A DNA stretch of 64,000 nt from IMG/VR virus record IMGVR_UViG_3300045988_101835, one strand, 5' to 3'. The DNA comes from a virus. This document shows positions 25,791 through 35,779 of this stretch, in pieces. Each line of letters opens with the position of its first letter. The first letter of the stretch is position 1. The translations under genes were made by a program, and so were the position numbers. A model generated the notes under the pieces. It had not been told where the DNA came from. It did not search any database and was given only the letters and a program-made list of their open reading frames with translations.

Positions 25791-26102
25791 ATGCGTTTCG
25801 TTCCTAGTGCAGTTGATGCATTGAGTTCCTACGTGAGCGGTCTTGATGCCTTGCGCCATCCGCAGTTTGTTATCGATAAGATCGAGGTGGTTGAGCTTAT
25901 GTTGCCTGAGCTTGCTGAGTTGCATGCTGTTCGTCCTAGCGAGGCTGAGGGTGCATGGGGGTCTGCGTGCTATGACTTGAGTACTACCATTGAGTTTCTT
26001 GGGAGTCTCAATCCAGACTTTGTGGATGTTGTATCAGGTCCGGAGAGCGTTCGAGTGCTTATTCGTCTTCATGAGCTGTTGTCTGCTGTGTTTGTAGATT
26101 AG
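25791..26102 (+). CDS. Hypothetical protein
   Basis: 103-aa ORF. Confidence 0.5.
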   Translation: MRFVPSAVDALSSYVSGLDALRHPQFVIDKIEVVELMLPELAELHAVRPSEAEGAWGSACYDLSTTIEFLGSLNPDFVDVVSGPESVRVLIRLHELLSAVFVD

Positions 26103-26104
26103 TT

Positions 26105-26281
26105 ATGCTTGTTGAGGAGTTGATCTTGAAGTTGCAGGCTCTCCAACAGTCCCATCCGGAGGCGCCTATTATCTTTGTTTCAGCTAACGGCGCCCATAAG
26201 TATTCTTGTTGCGTGACGAGCGTCTCGGAGGCTGGTTTCATTGTGGTTCGTTTGCAGGAAAATATCGTTAAGAAAAGGTAG
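26105..26281 (+). CDS. Small hypothetical protein (58 aa, below the ORF-track cut-off)
   Basis: ATG at 26105 lies 3 nt after the previous stop. Translates as MLVEELILKLQALQQSHPEAPIIFVSANG... Confidence 0.4.
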   Translation: MLVEELILKLQALQQSHPEAPIIFVSANGAHKYSCCVTSVSEAGFIVVRLQENIVKKR

Positions 26282-26291
26282 GGTTTTTATT

Positions 26292-26999
26292 ATGGGTTTG
26301 GATTTCGGATGTCCGTTTCGTTCTGCTGCGGGTTGCAAGTCTTGTGACTATGTGATCTACCGGAAGTGTTCTACTTTCCGCCAGCATCATCTTCGTCGCT
26401 GTGCGTCCGAGCTTGTCCCTTTTAAGTTCACTACTATTAAGCGTCAGGATGGTTCTGTGTTTATGCCGTCGGCGCCTGTTGTCTGGGGTTTCTGTGAGGT
26501 CCCGAACGTTGTGAGTGTTGATATGCTGTATCGCAATAGCACTTATGTTTGGTTATCGGATCGGTTGAAGTCTTTAGCGGTTCGTGCCGCCATTGAGCGT
26601 AATACGGCTTTTCCTGTTCAGTACTTCAATCTGGAGCGCGTCATTAGTTCTTGCTTTGCTTACAATCGTGGTGAGTTTGACTTTCAGGATTCCATTTACT
26701 TTCTTGAGATTTACAGTCGTGGGAGCCGGGATTCGAAGGCTATTAGCATGGTTGATTCGTTCATCAACTTGGCGTTGAGTATGCATGGTCGGGTGTTCTT
26801 GCTTTCGTCGTGGTGCCCGCCTACTATTGGGTCAGATTGGTTCGAGCTTCCTGCGCCGCGTATGGTTCGTCCTGCGGCTACGTCTAGTGTAGGGTCTGCG
26901 ACTTCGACGTCGGCGCCTTTGTCGTCTGTAGGACCTTCGTCGGGTTTGCTGTCTTCTCCTGAGACGCGTCAGTTTCGGGATCATGATGAGATTGTGTGA
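26292..26999 (+). CDS. Hypothetical replication-module protein (possible helicase loader by position)
   Basis: ATG at 26292. Its stop overlaps the start of the DnaB-like gene (TGATG). Confidence 0.5.
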   Translation: MGLDFGCPFRSAAGCKSCDYVIYRKCSTFRQHHLRRCASELVPFKFTTIKRQDGSVFMPSAPVVWGFCEVPNVVSVDMLYRNSTYVWLSDRLKSLAVRAAIERNTAFPVQYFNLERVISSCFAYNRGEFDFQDSIYFLEIYSRGSRDSKAISMVDSFINLALSMHGRVFLLSSWCPPTIGSDWFELPAPRMVRPAATSSVGSATSTSAPLSSVGPSSGLLSSPETRQFRDHDEIV

Positions 27000-28375
27000 T
27001 GCTAGGTTTTGAGATTTACTTTTACACGTGTGCGGGCAAGAAGTCGCATCCTGATTTTGACGATTGGTTTTCTCGCTTTTTACAGATTCCTAATTTATCC
27101 AAGAATGACAGGCAGGTTCTAGAGTATACGCTTTCCTGTTCTGCTGCTGGGTGCTATCCGTCTTGGGCATGGTATGGTAAGTATTACCCTACTCCGGACC
27201 ATGCCTATAATCTCGGTGAGCTTAGTGTTGCGTATGCGGACATTGTAGATGGCTATAGCCGCCTTAAGTTGGCTACGGATGTCACGGGTTCCCTTAGTAG
27301 CACTTCGACTACTAAGGAGCTTGCGGAGGAGCTTAAGCGTGCGCTTCAGTCTGTTAGTGTTGCTTCGGATGCGAGTGTCGCTGACTTTAGTTCATGGTCC
27401 TACGGCGAGGAGCTTAATACGCCTTACGGTGACGGTCTTTCTCTGGGTGTTCCGGAGGTAGATTCATTGACCAATGGTTTCCAGCCGGGTACGGTTGCTA
27501 GTATTTGTGCTTTCACGGGCGGCGGCAAGACACAGCTTTGTTTGTCTATGCTGTTCAAGAATGCCAAGGCGGGTCGTAAGATTGTTTATGTGTCTTTGGA
27601 GCTTGAGCCTAAGATGGTTTGGCTTATGCTTGAGACTCGGTACATGTATGAGGTTAAGGGCATCCAGTTGGATTCTCAGGACTTGCTTTTTCATAAGTTG
27701 TCGGGCGATAAGTTGAAGGCGGTTCTTGCTGCCGAGGATGACTTCAAGCGGGACTTCGTTCCTAACGTTCTTGTTGTAGATACTTCGTTGTTCACGAAGT
27801 CGGTTTTCACCAATGTCGATAGCCTTGTTACTTTGTATGGGGTTCTGGATAAGCATTTAGGGGGTCTTGACTGCATTATTTACGACCATGTCAATCAGTT
27901 TGACCTTCTGTTTCAGGATCGTGGTAAGGGCTTAGGAAATTCTATCATTGTCAATCTTCGAGCCGCTTGTTTAGCTTTCACCAATAGTGCGGGTAGTAAG
28001 TGCACTACGGTTTTTGCCGTTCAGGTTAACCGTGCGGGTTTTACCCGTGCGGGTCGTCGTGGCGGGGCTTATGACCTTACAGCTATCTCGGACTTGAATG
28101 AGATCGAGCGCACGAGTGCCTACTGTGTTTTCATGTATACGGGTTTGGACGTTGCGGAGACTCAGGAGACGAAGATCTGTATGATTAAGCATCGTCTTGG
28201 TCGCATCTTGCCGGAACCTGTTACGGCTCAGTTTTTGCCGAAGGTTGTTCTTGTGGGTGATAATGTCGAGTTTATCTCTTACGAGGGTGAGTTTGCGCAG
28301 TTGGGTTCTATGGACGATTTTGGTTCTTCTAGCGACTCTCTTACGGCGGAGCTTACAGCCGATCTAGGTCTATAG
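26999..28375 (+). CDS. DnaB-like replicative helicase (RecA-fold C-terminal domain)
   Basis: Walker A FTGGGKTQ, Walker B LDCIIYDHV, and VFAVQVNRAG (the DnaB QxNR motif). Confidence 0.65.
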   Translation: MLGFEIYFYTCAGKKSHPDFDDWFSRFLQIPNLSKNDRQVLEYTLSCSAAGCYPSWAWYGKYYPTPDHAYNLGELSVAYADIVDGYSRLKLATDVTGSLSSTSTTKELAEELKRALQSVSVASDASVADFSSWSYGEELNTPYGDGLSLGVPEVDSLTNGFQPGTVASICAFTGGGKTQLCLSMLFKNAKAGRKIVYVSLELEPKMVWLMLETRYMYEVKGIQLDSQDLLFHKLSGDKLKAVLAAEDDFKRDFVPNVLVVDTSLFTKSVFTNVDSLVTLYGVLDKHLGGLDCIIYDHVNQFDLLFQDRGKGLGNSIIVNLRAACLAFTNSAGSKCTTVFAVQVNRAGFTRAGRRGGAYDLTAISDLNEIERTSAYCVFMYTGLDVAETQETKICMIKHRLGRILPEPVTAQFLPKVVLVGDNVEFISYEGEFAQLGSMDDFGSSSDSLTAELTADLGL

Positions 28376-28388
28376 CAATTATATATCC
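28375..28388 (+). promoter_or_regulatory. Late-gene motif GCAATTATATATCC
   Basis: Exact copy overlapping the helicase stop codon, 23 nt upstream of the ATG at 28412. Confidence 0.45.
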
Positions 28389-28411
28389 CACAAATCAAAA
28401 TTTTGTAGGAT

Positions 28412-28858
28412 ATGCGATTTCCGATTGAGGTTCATAATAAGTTCCTTCCCTTTCCGGGGTTTAGTTGGATGACGTGGCTTGTGTTCTGTTTCACGCGCAA
28501 GCCGAAGGACGTCCATCTGGAGGGTACTACTCGCCGACACGAGTTGGTTCACGTGGTGCAACAGGGGGAATTAAGCGTCTTGTTTACCGTCATCCTCCTT
28601 CCCATAGCCATCCATTTTAGCTTTGCATGGTGGGCTTGGGTTCTGACGATTCTGGGTATTCTGTTTGCGGGTTGGATTTGCTATGGTATTAGTAATGCCA
28701 TAGAGTTCTTTTGTCCTCCGTTTGGCAAGAGCTATTATTACACGTGCTGGGAGACGGAGGCTTATAATCACGAGGGCGATCCGGGGTACTTGCGTCGTAG
28801 GATTCCGATCTGGGGTTCTTTGAAGCACATTCCGAATCGGCTTGTGCGTCATAAATAG
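28412..28858 (+). CDS. Membrane protein with HExxH zincin motif (HELVHVVQQ, DUF4157-like)
   Basis: RRHELVHVVQQGE is followed by two or three hydrophobic helices. Confidence 0.5.
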   Translation: MRFPIEVHNKFLPFPGFSWMTWLVFCFTRKPKDVHLEGTTRRHELVHVVQQGELSVLFTVILLPIAIHFSFAWWAWVLTILGILFAGWICYGISNAIEFFCPPFGKSYYYTCWETEAYNHEGDPGYLRRRIPIWGSLKHIPNRLVRHK

Positions 28859-28877
28859 TGTTTACTTTTTGGTTCGA

Positions 28878-28890
28878 GCATTATATATCC
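28878..28890 (+). promoter_or_regulatory. Late-gene motif variant GCATTATATATCC
   Basis: One-base-shorter copy. It is followed by the hairpin AAGACCAC-ataga-GTGGTCTT (28901-28921) and the ATG at 28957. Confidence 0.4.
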
Positions 28891-28956
28891 AACATCTTGT
28901 AAGACCACATAGAGTGGTCTTATGAGGTGTTTTTATTAAAATAAGGTTTCTTTGTT

Positions 28957-31900
28957 ATGGGTGATTTTTATACTCATGTTGTAGCGATCGATGATGATTC
29001 GATTGGTACGGCTCCGGAGTCCACGGGTGTTCGCCGTGTTGGTGACTCTGTTAGTTCGTTCCTGCAGGTGGAGTCGGGTGCTTCGCGTCGTGTTACGGAC
29101 GCGCGTCGTGGTGGTTTCACTGATGGGGAGATTCACAAGGTGGCTTGTAGTCTTTGCAGCATGTCGCGTGGCAGTCGCCGTGCGTCTTTGGCTAAGATGA
29201 GCGCTCCTTTGCGTCGTCGTCTTCTTGCGGAGGGTAAGCGCATTCAGTCTGTTGTTGCGGATTCGTTTATCGAGTACACGCCGGAGGTTTGCTGGGCCAT
29301 CAATGACATTATAGAGAATGACTCGTCTGCGGGTTATGACATCTTGAAGTCTAAGTACCGTTCTTTGCCGCCGGAGGTTAAGACGTTCTATGACGAGTTT
29401 TTGAAGAACCGTTACTCTCCTGCTGCTGTTCGTGCTCAGGAGATGTTGGGTCCTTATCGTCTTGTTCAGGATGACGCTCGTGTGGAGGCATTCCTTGAGG
29501 GTGGTTCTACGCAGGAGGGTGCTTTGGATGAGGTTATCGAGGCGGCTTCTGTTTCTGGCGAGGAGCTGTACGAGACTACTCAGGAGAAACTTGACGAGCT
29601 TGGCGAGCGTGCTCAGTCGGCAGCTATGACTTTCATTGAGGAGGTTTCTAATATCTACGAGGAGGGCATTGCGGATGTTGTTTCGGCCCAGACGTTGGCT
29701 TCCGCCGAGGAGGCTACGGAGGATGTCTTGGAGGCACCTATTCCGGAGGAGGATGTTGATGCCCTTCCTGATCCGAATGTGGATGATACGGATGCCGGAG
29801 CTTCTTCGGAGGTTCAGGATTCTGCCGCGTCTCCGGAGTTTGTTGTTCATGGTACTATTGATCCCGTAGATGATCCCGATTGGGCGTCTAAGAGTAAAGC
29901 TACCAATTGGGATATTGTAGACCTTGCTAGTTACACTCAGCGTCAGGAGTTCTTGGGTTCGCTTGGGAAGAAGGATGCTAAGGGTCGTGATCTTTATGGT
30001 CTTCGTTACTATTCTCCCAATGGTCGCAATTCGAGTGTTGCGGAGTTGATCTTCGAGGATTACTCTCGTTTGCTTGATCGTGCTAAGGCAGCATCATCGT
30101 CTAAGCCTGTTGCCGATGACGTCGATGGCTTGGTGTTGGCTTCGGAGCTTTCCGCTCAGCCGCTGCCTGCTGCTCAGGCGGCTCCAGTTGTTGAGGGTGC
30201 TATGTCGCAGGCTGTTCCGTCCGTTCCGGTTAACGTTGGTACTACGGTTCAGGTTTCGTATTTGGGTAATGTTTATTCGGGTGTCATCACTTCTGTTGGC
30301 AATGGTGTTGCCGTCATCGAGGGTCTTCCTTTTGAGTACTTCTCCTTGCGTCAGGCCGAGGGTGCCTTCACGGGTTCTGATGATGACGTGACTTTCGCCC
30401 TTGCGGATGTCGTTCCGGTTCAGATTGTCGAGGAGACGTCTGTTGCACCTTCGTCGAATGATGCTGACGTTATTATGGCTTCGGAGGATGTTGTTGAGGG
30501 CGATGATGCTCCGATAAGTGCGCCGGAGGAGACTCAGGTTACGGAGGATGAGATTATCGAGGATTCTGCTTCAGAGGAGTCTTCTAAGCTGATGGGTCGC
30601 ATTCTTAATGCCTACTTGGACCGGGGTGCTGCTGACGAGTTCGACGTCTATTTGACGGACGATAAGAGTGGTGGTCCTCGCCTGCATATCGTGTGCGGGG
30701 ATGATTCGCTTCATGCTTCTATTTTCTATCGTGGTAATCGTGGCTGGAATAAGGTTTATACCTTCGAGTCGGATGACGCTGCTATTGAGGCTGTCGAAGA
30801 GCTGACGGACGATGTTCTTGCGAAGCTTCCCGGCGTCATGGCGGAGCCTGTAGATGCTTCTGCTCTGCTGTTCGATAGTGTTCGTGACGATGTCGATCCT
30901 GCTGTTGTTTCGGAGTTCGAGTCTGTCGTGGGTCCTGAGATTCTCAACGACGTTGCTCCGCTTATTCATGTAGTTCATACGACCGAGGATGATGTTGTTC
31001 GACGGAGTGTATGGTCTTCGTTGAAGTCCATTGCGGAGGATATTATTCTGGACTTTGGTGACACTTTGGGTGGGTTGTCTGTAGGTGATATCTTGTCTAT
31101 CTTCAATAGTCACAAGTTTTCTACGCCGTGGGGTGCTGTTGTAGACTCTGCTGTTTCGGATGCTGCCGTTAACTTCACGGTCGATCAAATTATGACGGCT
31201 TTGCGCAATGGGGTTGACATTGCTAATGCGGATGATTCTGTATCTATCGTTTTTGATGATGGTGATGGTCTTGGTGATGTATTCGTATTCACCACGCCGT
31301 CGGGGTCGGTTGTTAAGGATGGCTCCGAGGCTGTTGCTTACTTGTCGGATCATCTTGCTGAGTTTAAGGACGCTATTTCGAATTCCTATGACGATATTTC
31401 AAAGGCTTTGGCTTCTGCGGGGTCCCCTACAGGCGAGGTTCCTGTGGAGGATGCGGAAGGCGATGTTTCTCCTGAAGTTGTGGTTGAAGATGCACCGCAT
31501 GCCGTAGACGAGACTTCCGATCCTGCAGCTATTGACTGGGGTGCTGTGGCTTTGGTTCTGAAGGACTGGGGTCTTGCTAATTGCTTCACTTTGGCTCAGA
31601 CGCCCGATCAGACTCATTTGGTTTCCGCTGCGGAGGCTTTGGCTTCGGCATTGTCTTCGGATACCCGTCTGGAGACTCGTCTTGATGCTTCTGTTCCTCG
31701 TATTCTTTGCAAGGATCAACGGTTTATTGACATCAAGGCCGATGGTGTCTATGTAGGCACTACGTTGTTTGTTTACCAGACTGCCGATGATGCTATTGTT
31801 ACCTTCGCGTCTACCATGTCGAATGCTGCTATTCAGCTTGCTCATAAGATTTACGATGCTACGGCTTCGGATGTTGTTGCTGAGGTTGCGAATGAGTTAT

Positions 31901-32619
31901 CGGAGGAAGAGGAGATCGCTCTGCTGCAGGATTCTTTGGAGACGGTTCGTTCGAAGGCTGATTGGAAGGATCGCCCGTGGGCACAGCATGCATCTTTCCT
32001 CCAGAAGTACCCGCGTCTTCGTATGGTGATTGATGACGAGAGTATCTTGTCGGACGCCGCTAAGCAGGAGGTTCTGCGGTCTATCGAGAACGAGATTTCG
32101 GAGGCTTTGAAGTCTAAGAACATTTTGATTGAGGATTCTGCGTCTCTGGCGATTGATCCGGATAAGGTGAAGGATAGTGCTCCTAACACTTTGGACATTC
32201 CTCATACGGCTTCGACTTATCATCGTGTTCGCAATACCCGGAAGGTTCTGGATTCGGTTCTTTCTGTTGCTTCTGAGATCATGGGCGAGCGCATTAGTGC
32301 CGCTAACTACAAGAGTCTCTGCAAGTCTTCGAGTAAGGCCGCTAAGGCGAAGGTTCAGCGTGTTGTGGATACCGCCGTTGTTATGAACGAGTTGGACTTG
32401 ATTTGTCCTGACTTATACAAGCGCAAGTTAACGGATTCCTATTGGGTTTGCGACAATGCATCGCGTGTTTCGGATTCGTTCAAGCTGAATGCTTCGTTTG
32501 CTGCGGGTCACGGTTGCTTGGTGTCTAATGCTCCGTTGGATGCGGACGTTGTTGCGGACCGGGAGGTTTCGAGCTTCAAGCTCAAGAATGGCTCTGAGCT
32601 TCACGTGGTTTTAGTTTAA
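28957..32619 (+). CDS. Very large acidic protein (1220 aa), function unknown
   Basis: Long uninterrupted ORF with D/E/A/V/S-rich composition. No catalytic motif was recognised. Confidence 0.6.
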   Translation: MGDFYTHVVAIDDDSIGTAPESTGVRRVGDSVSSFLQVESGASRRVTDARRGGFTDGEIHKVACSLCSMSRGSRRASLAKMSAPLRRRLLAEGKRIQSVVADSFIEYTPEVCWAINDIIENDSSAGYDILKSKYRSLPPEVKTFYDEFLKNRYSPAAVRAQEMLGPYRLVQDDARVEAFLEGGSTQEGALDEVIEAASVSGEELYETTQEKLDELGERAQSAAMTFIEEVSNIYEEGIADVVSAQTLASAEEATEDVLEAPIPEEDVDALPDPNVDDTDAGASSEVQDSAASPEFVVHGTIDPVDDPDWASKSKATNWDIVDLASYTQRQEFLGSLGKKDAKGRDLYGLRYYSPNGRNSSVAELIFEDYSRLLDRAKAASSSKPVADDVDGLVLASELSAQPLPAAQAAPVVEGAMSQAVPSVPVNVGTTVQVSYLGNVYSGVITSVGNGVAVIEGLPFEYFSLRQAEGAFTGSDDDVTFALADVVPVQIVEETSVAPSSNDADVIMASEDVVEGDDAPISAPEETQVTEDEIIEDSASEESSKLMGRILNAYLDRGAADEFDVYLTDDKSGGPRLHIVCGDDSLHASIFYRGNRGWNKVYTFESDDAAIEAVEELTDDVLAKLPGVMAEPVDASALLFDSVRDDVDPAVVSEFESVVGPEILNDVAPLIHVVHTTEDDVVRRSVWSSLKSIAEDIILDFGDTLGGLSVGDILSIFNSHKFSTPWGAVVDSAVSDAAVNFTVDQIMTALRNGVDIANADDSVSIVFDDGDGLGDVFVFTTPSGSVVKDGSEAVAYLSDHLAEFKDAISNSYDDISKALASAGSPTGEVPVEDAEGDVSPEVVVEDAPHAVDETSDPAAIDWGAVALVLKDWGLANCFTLAQTPDQTHLVSAAEALASALSSDTRLETRLDASVPRILCKDQRFIDIKADGVYVGTTLFVYQTADDAIVTFASTMSNAAIQLAHKIYDATASDVVAEVANELSEEEEIALLQDSLETVRSKADWKDRPWAQHASFLQKYPRLRMVIDDESILSDAAKQEVLRSIENEISEALKSKNILIEDSASLAIDPDKVKDSAPNTLDIPHTASTYHRVRNTRKVLDSVLSVASEIMGERISAANYKSLCKSSSKAAKAKVQRVVDTAVVMNELDLICPDLYKRKLTDSYWVCDNASRVSDSFKLNASFAAGHGCLVSNAPLDADVVADREVSSFKLKNGSELHVVLV

Positions 32620-32640
32620 CGAAGTTTACATACGTTGAGA

Positions 32641-32674
32641 AGGTTGCTAGGGATGTTCCTAGCAACCTTTTTTT
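32641..32674 (+). terminator. Strong intrinsic terminator
   Basis: AGGTTGCTAGG-gatgtt-CCTAGCAACCT (11 bp) followed by T6. Confidence 0.8.
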
Positions 32675-32685
32675 ATGTGCACCGC

Positions 32686-33198
32686 ATGGAAGTTAAGAGT
32701 GATTTTGCTTATAAGTCTCCTTTGGGGGGCGTTAGTCTTCAAGTGACGTTTGCGGTTCCGGATGAGGTTGATGACTTAGACTTCATACCTCGGGTTGCGG
32801 ATAGTGTTTCCGTTTTATGCGACCGGACTTTCACCGTTGGTGACTTTGTTGTTCGAGGCATGGTTGCGAAGTACCCTTCGGAGTCGCTTCCGGAGTTAGC
32901 TTCTACGCTGTACACGGTTTGGGTTTATGTTTATTGCCAGCCGGAGGATTTCTTTTCGGCCGTAGGTACCGACTCTGCTCAGGACATTATGATCCAGCGT
33001 TGGAATTCGGATTCTATTCATGGGTTCGTTTCTAAGCGTTTGGTTTCGCTTGGGTCGTTTCCGTCTTCGTCGTTGCTGTCTACGGAGATCCAGAAGTCAC
33101 TGGGTATTGCTATGTGTACGTGGTGGCACGTGTGCCTTCAGGACATTTACTGGCGACATATGGAGTCGCTTAAGGTTCCCGCTCTGGTTGTAGATTAG
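32686..33198 (+). CDS. Hypothetical protein
   Basis: The in-frame ATG at 32686 is used because the track start at 32635 lies inside the terminator hairpin. Confidence 0.5.
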   Translation: MEVKSDFAYKSPLGGVSLQVTFAVPDEVDDLDFIPRVADSVSVLCDRTFTVGDFVVRGMVAKYPSESLPELASTLYTVWVYVYCQPEDFFSAVGTDSAQDIMIQRWNSDSIHGFVSKRLVSLGSFPSSSLLSTEIQKSLGIAMCTWWHVCLQDIYWRHMESLKVPALVVD

Positions 33199-33212
33199 TC
33201 ACCTGCTTCCCT

Positions 33213-33608
33213 ATGGGCCGCTTCAATCCTAAGTTAGCACAGTGGGTAAATTCCAACTTATCGTTCCGTGATGAGTATAAGGCTATTTTCGGCAAGGAGT
33301 TGGATTACGGTACTTGCTACTGTCCTTTTCATGCTAACACGGATACGAAGGCAGCTAAGCTATATGGTAATTGGTTGAAGTGCTATGGTGAATGCCAGCG
33401 GTCTTATAGTGTTTATGACTTGCTTTGTAAGTTCAATCCTGATCGCCTCCGTGAGTTGCGTTACTCGGGTGTTTTGCCGGAGCAGGGTGTTGTCTTTCGC
33501 AATGACGTTAAGCCAGTAGTTTTTTCCTACGCTTCGGCGTCGGATATACCTTCGGATTTGGTTCCGGGGTCTTTTGAGTTTTATACTTTCATTTCGGATT
33601 TTCAATGA
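33213..33608 (+). CDS. CHC2 (DnaG-type) zinc-finger protein, primase-associated
   Basis: CYCPFHANTDTKAAKLYGNWLKCYGEC matches CPFHxexxPSf..(n)..CfgC. Confidence 0.55.
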   Translation: MGRFNPKLAQWVNSNLSFRDEYKAIFGKELDYGTCYCPFHANTDTKAAKLYGNWLKCYGECQRSYSVYDLLCKFNPDRLRELRYSGVLPEQGVVFRNDVKPVVFSYASASDIPSDLVPGSFEFYTFISDFQ

Positions 33609-33781
33609 GTGCTTTGCAGAAGAAGACGTTGGTGTACGTCGATGGTCATACGGAGGATGTCATTATACTTTTCACTTTGGAGATGTGCTACGTTGTTCTG
33701 GCTTCTAACCGCCGGGTTGTTTTGGTTTCCCGTGGTGTTGTCAAGAACGTTGTTCCTTACGTTAAGCGCCAGAAGGAATAG
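33605..33781 (+). CDS. Small hypothetical protein (58 aa)
   Basis: ATGA overlap with the upstream stop. Preferred over track ORF 33609..33881, which is off-frame and overlaps the pol start. Confidence 0.4.
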   Translation: MSALQKKTLVYVDGHTEDVIILFTLEMCYVVLASNRRVVLVSRGVVKNVVPYVKRQKE

Positions 33782-33787
33782 ATCTCT

Positions 33788-35779
33788 ATGTTGTGGGGCA
33801 CTTTTAATGGGTACAAGGTTGGCTTGGTTCAGAGTCTGTCGGATTTGGATTACATCCGGGCAGATTTGCATGCCAATATAGTGGCTGGTTTGGATTCGGA
33901 GACGACGAGCTTATCTTTTGTTCACGGTCGAGTGGTAGGGGTATGTATCGCTACGGGTAAGACTTACAGCAAGGATGACTACTGTGGTTATTACATTCCG
34001 ATTCGTCATGTGGGCTATCACGCCAATCTTCCGGTTGACCTTGTTATTGCTTTCGTGCAGTATGTCGTCGATAATTATATGACGATGTGGTGGAACCGGA
34101 GTTTCGACTTTTCTATGTTGGAGCTTGACGGGTTCAAGGCACCTTTTGTTGGTAAGACTCATGACGTCCAGTTCATGGCGCATGAGATTTTCAATGAGCG
34201 TTATCCTAAGCTGAAGGTCTTTGCTAAGCGTCTTTTTGGGTTTAAGACTATCGACTTCGAGGATAATAATGCGGTTAATGGTAACTTCGGCTCACTCGAC
34301 CCGGAGGTCTCTTTCATCTATGCTGCTGCCGACCCTCTCATCACGACACTGTGTGGTCTCCGTATTTGGAGTGACTATCCTCATATTCGTCAAATTTACC
34401 CGCTGGATAACGAGTCCGGTGAGGCTGTTCGTCGCTTGGCTAAGGCGGATATCCTTCTTGATTATGATTTCTTGGATCAGGAGGTCATTCGCACTTCTGC
34501 CCGCATGGAGGATGTCCGGCAGCGTATCTATCAGCTTGTGGGCTACGTTTTCAACATCAGTAGTGAGGATGACAAGGCGGATGCCTTGAGCCGCTTTGTC
34601 ACGTTGACGGTCCGTACTAAGAGTGGCAAGTTCAAGACGGATAAGAATGTCTTGGCGACGATAGATCATCCGTTAGCTAAGCTTATGCTGGAGTATAATG
34701 CCTTGAGCACTTACTTGAAGTCTTTCGTTTCCAAGATGGTTTCGTGGCGTCATCGTCAGATTCCGGTTCATATTAATTATAACCTTGTCGTGGCGTTGAC
34801 GGGTCGTATGAGTAGCTCCGGGTCGGAGGGTAATGACTTCTACGTTCCTTTTAATGGCCAGAACTGTGTTCGTGGTTCTAATACTACAGTTTTCACTCGT
34901 TCCGGGTCCAAGTTGATTTCGGAGGTTGTTGTTGGTGACGAGGTTTGGGATGGCGATGCTTTTCGGCGCGTGTCTGCGGTTTTGGATCAGGGTGTGCGTG
35001 AGATTTACCGTTTGACTTTGGAGGATGGTCGTTTCTTGGACGCGACATCAGATCACCCGGTTCTCACGGCTTCGGGGTTCCACGAGGTTTCTACGTTACT
35101 CGGGGTCGATGTTTTGGTGAGTGAGAACCCTCATGTTTTCCTGACTGGTGTAGATTGTGGTCCCGCTAGGTACTTATGTAGGGTTGTGTCGATCCACCCT
35201 ATTGGCTATGATCGTGTTTATGACATTACGGTCGATGTATCAGAGCGTTTTGTGGCCAACGGTATTATAGTTCATAATTGCCCGAAGGTTTCTTTGAAGA
35301 TGTATTTGCATACAGATCCTCTTATAGGCTACTGTTTGAAGCATGAGGCGGAGGGTGCTGTGTGTGATGAGTCGGGCAAGCCTATTAAGTATAAGACGAA
35401 GGGAGGACTTCGTGATGCCTTCTTGGCCAACCCGCCGGGGGAGGATGACTGGGTAATGGTTGGCAACGATTATTGTATTCATCCGGATACATTAGTATCG
35501 ACACCTTCGGGAGATGTTCGAATAGGTGATATGGTTGGTTGTGAGTTCGAGGTTTCTACGCCTTATGGTCCTTGCGTTGCTTCTAATGTTCACCATACTG
35601 GTCGTCGCAAGCAGTATCGTATAGAGTTGTCGGACGGTGCGGTTCTGGTTTGCTCTCCAGATCATCGTTTGTGGGTGTGTCGTGATGACGTAGATATGTG
35701 GGTTAAGGCTTCTGAGCTTTTGAGTAGTGATTATATTTACACTCAGTCTGATGTTACTTATCCGGAGATTGTGAGCTAG
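33788..35779 (+). CDS. Family-A DNA polymerase, N-terminal gene (exo domain, palm start, intein 1, IntN of split intein)
   Basis: GLDSETTSL (ExoI), ALTGRMSSS and FNGQN (PNLQN-like), ..VGNDY (motif A Asp). Ends at TAG 35777-35779 inside intein 2. Confidence 0.85.
   Translation: MLWGTFNGYKVGLVQSLSDLDYIRADLHANIVAGLDSETTSLSFVHGRVVGVCIATGKTYSKDDYCGYYIPIRHVGYHANLPVDLVIAFVQYVVDNYMTMWWNRSFDFSMLELDGFKAPFVGKTHDVQFMAHEIFNERYPKLKVFAKRLFGFKTIDFEDNNAVNGNFGSLDPEVSFIYAAADPLITTLCGLRIWSDYPHIRQIYPLDNESGEAVRRLAKADILLDYDFLDQEVIRTSARMEDVRQRIYQLVGYVFNISSEDDKADALSRFVTLTVRTKSGKFKTDKNVLATIDHPLAKLMLEYNALSTYLKSFVSKMVSWRHRQIPVHINYNLVVALTGRMSSSGSEGNDFYVPFNGQNCVRGSNTTVFTRSGSKLISEVVVGDEVWDGDAFRRVSAVLDQGVREIYRLTLEDGRFLDATSDHPVLTASGFHEVSTLLGVDVLVSENPHVFLTGVDCGPARYLCRVVSIHPIGYDRVYDITVDVSERFVANGIIVHNCPKVSLKMYLHTDPLIGYCLKHEAEGAVCDESGKPIKYKTKGGLRDAFLANPPGEDDWVMVGNDYCIHPDTLVSTPSGDVRIGDMVGCEFEVSTPYGPCVASNVHHTGRRKQYRIELSDGAVLVCSPDHRLWVCRDDVDMWVKASELLSSDYIYTQSDVTYPEIVS
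34865..35278 (+). mobile_element. Mini-intein 1 (138 aa) in the PNLQN|IP-like motif
   Basis: Starts CVRGSNTTVFTRSGSKLISEVVVGDEV. Block B is TSDHPVL. Ends FVANGIIVHN followed by C. Confidence 0.8.

Noticed and set aside
33609-33881. Track ORF 33609..33881 (90 aa) as a gene.
   Set aside because: It is off-frame, Leu/Arg/Cys-rich, and overlaps the polymerase start. The 58-aa ORF 33605..33781, which has an ATGA overlap with the upstream stop, explains the interval better.
35777-35779. The in-frame TAG in the polymerase gene as evidence of TAG stop-codon reassignment (code-15-like recoding, known from some gut phages).
   Set aside because: TAG cleanly terminates many well-formed genes here, for example at 732, 3593, 8793, 9036, 14278, 16246, 16844, 18533 and 20067. 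None of the four tRNAs has a CUA anticodon. The TAG falls exactly at the canonical split-intein breakpoint and is followed 3 nt later by an ATG.
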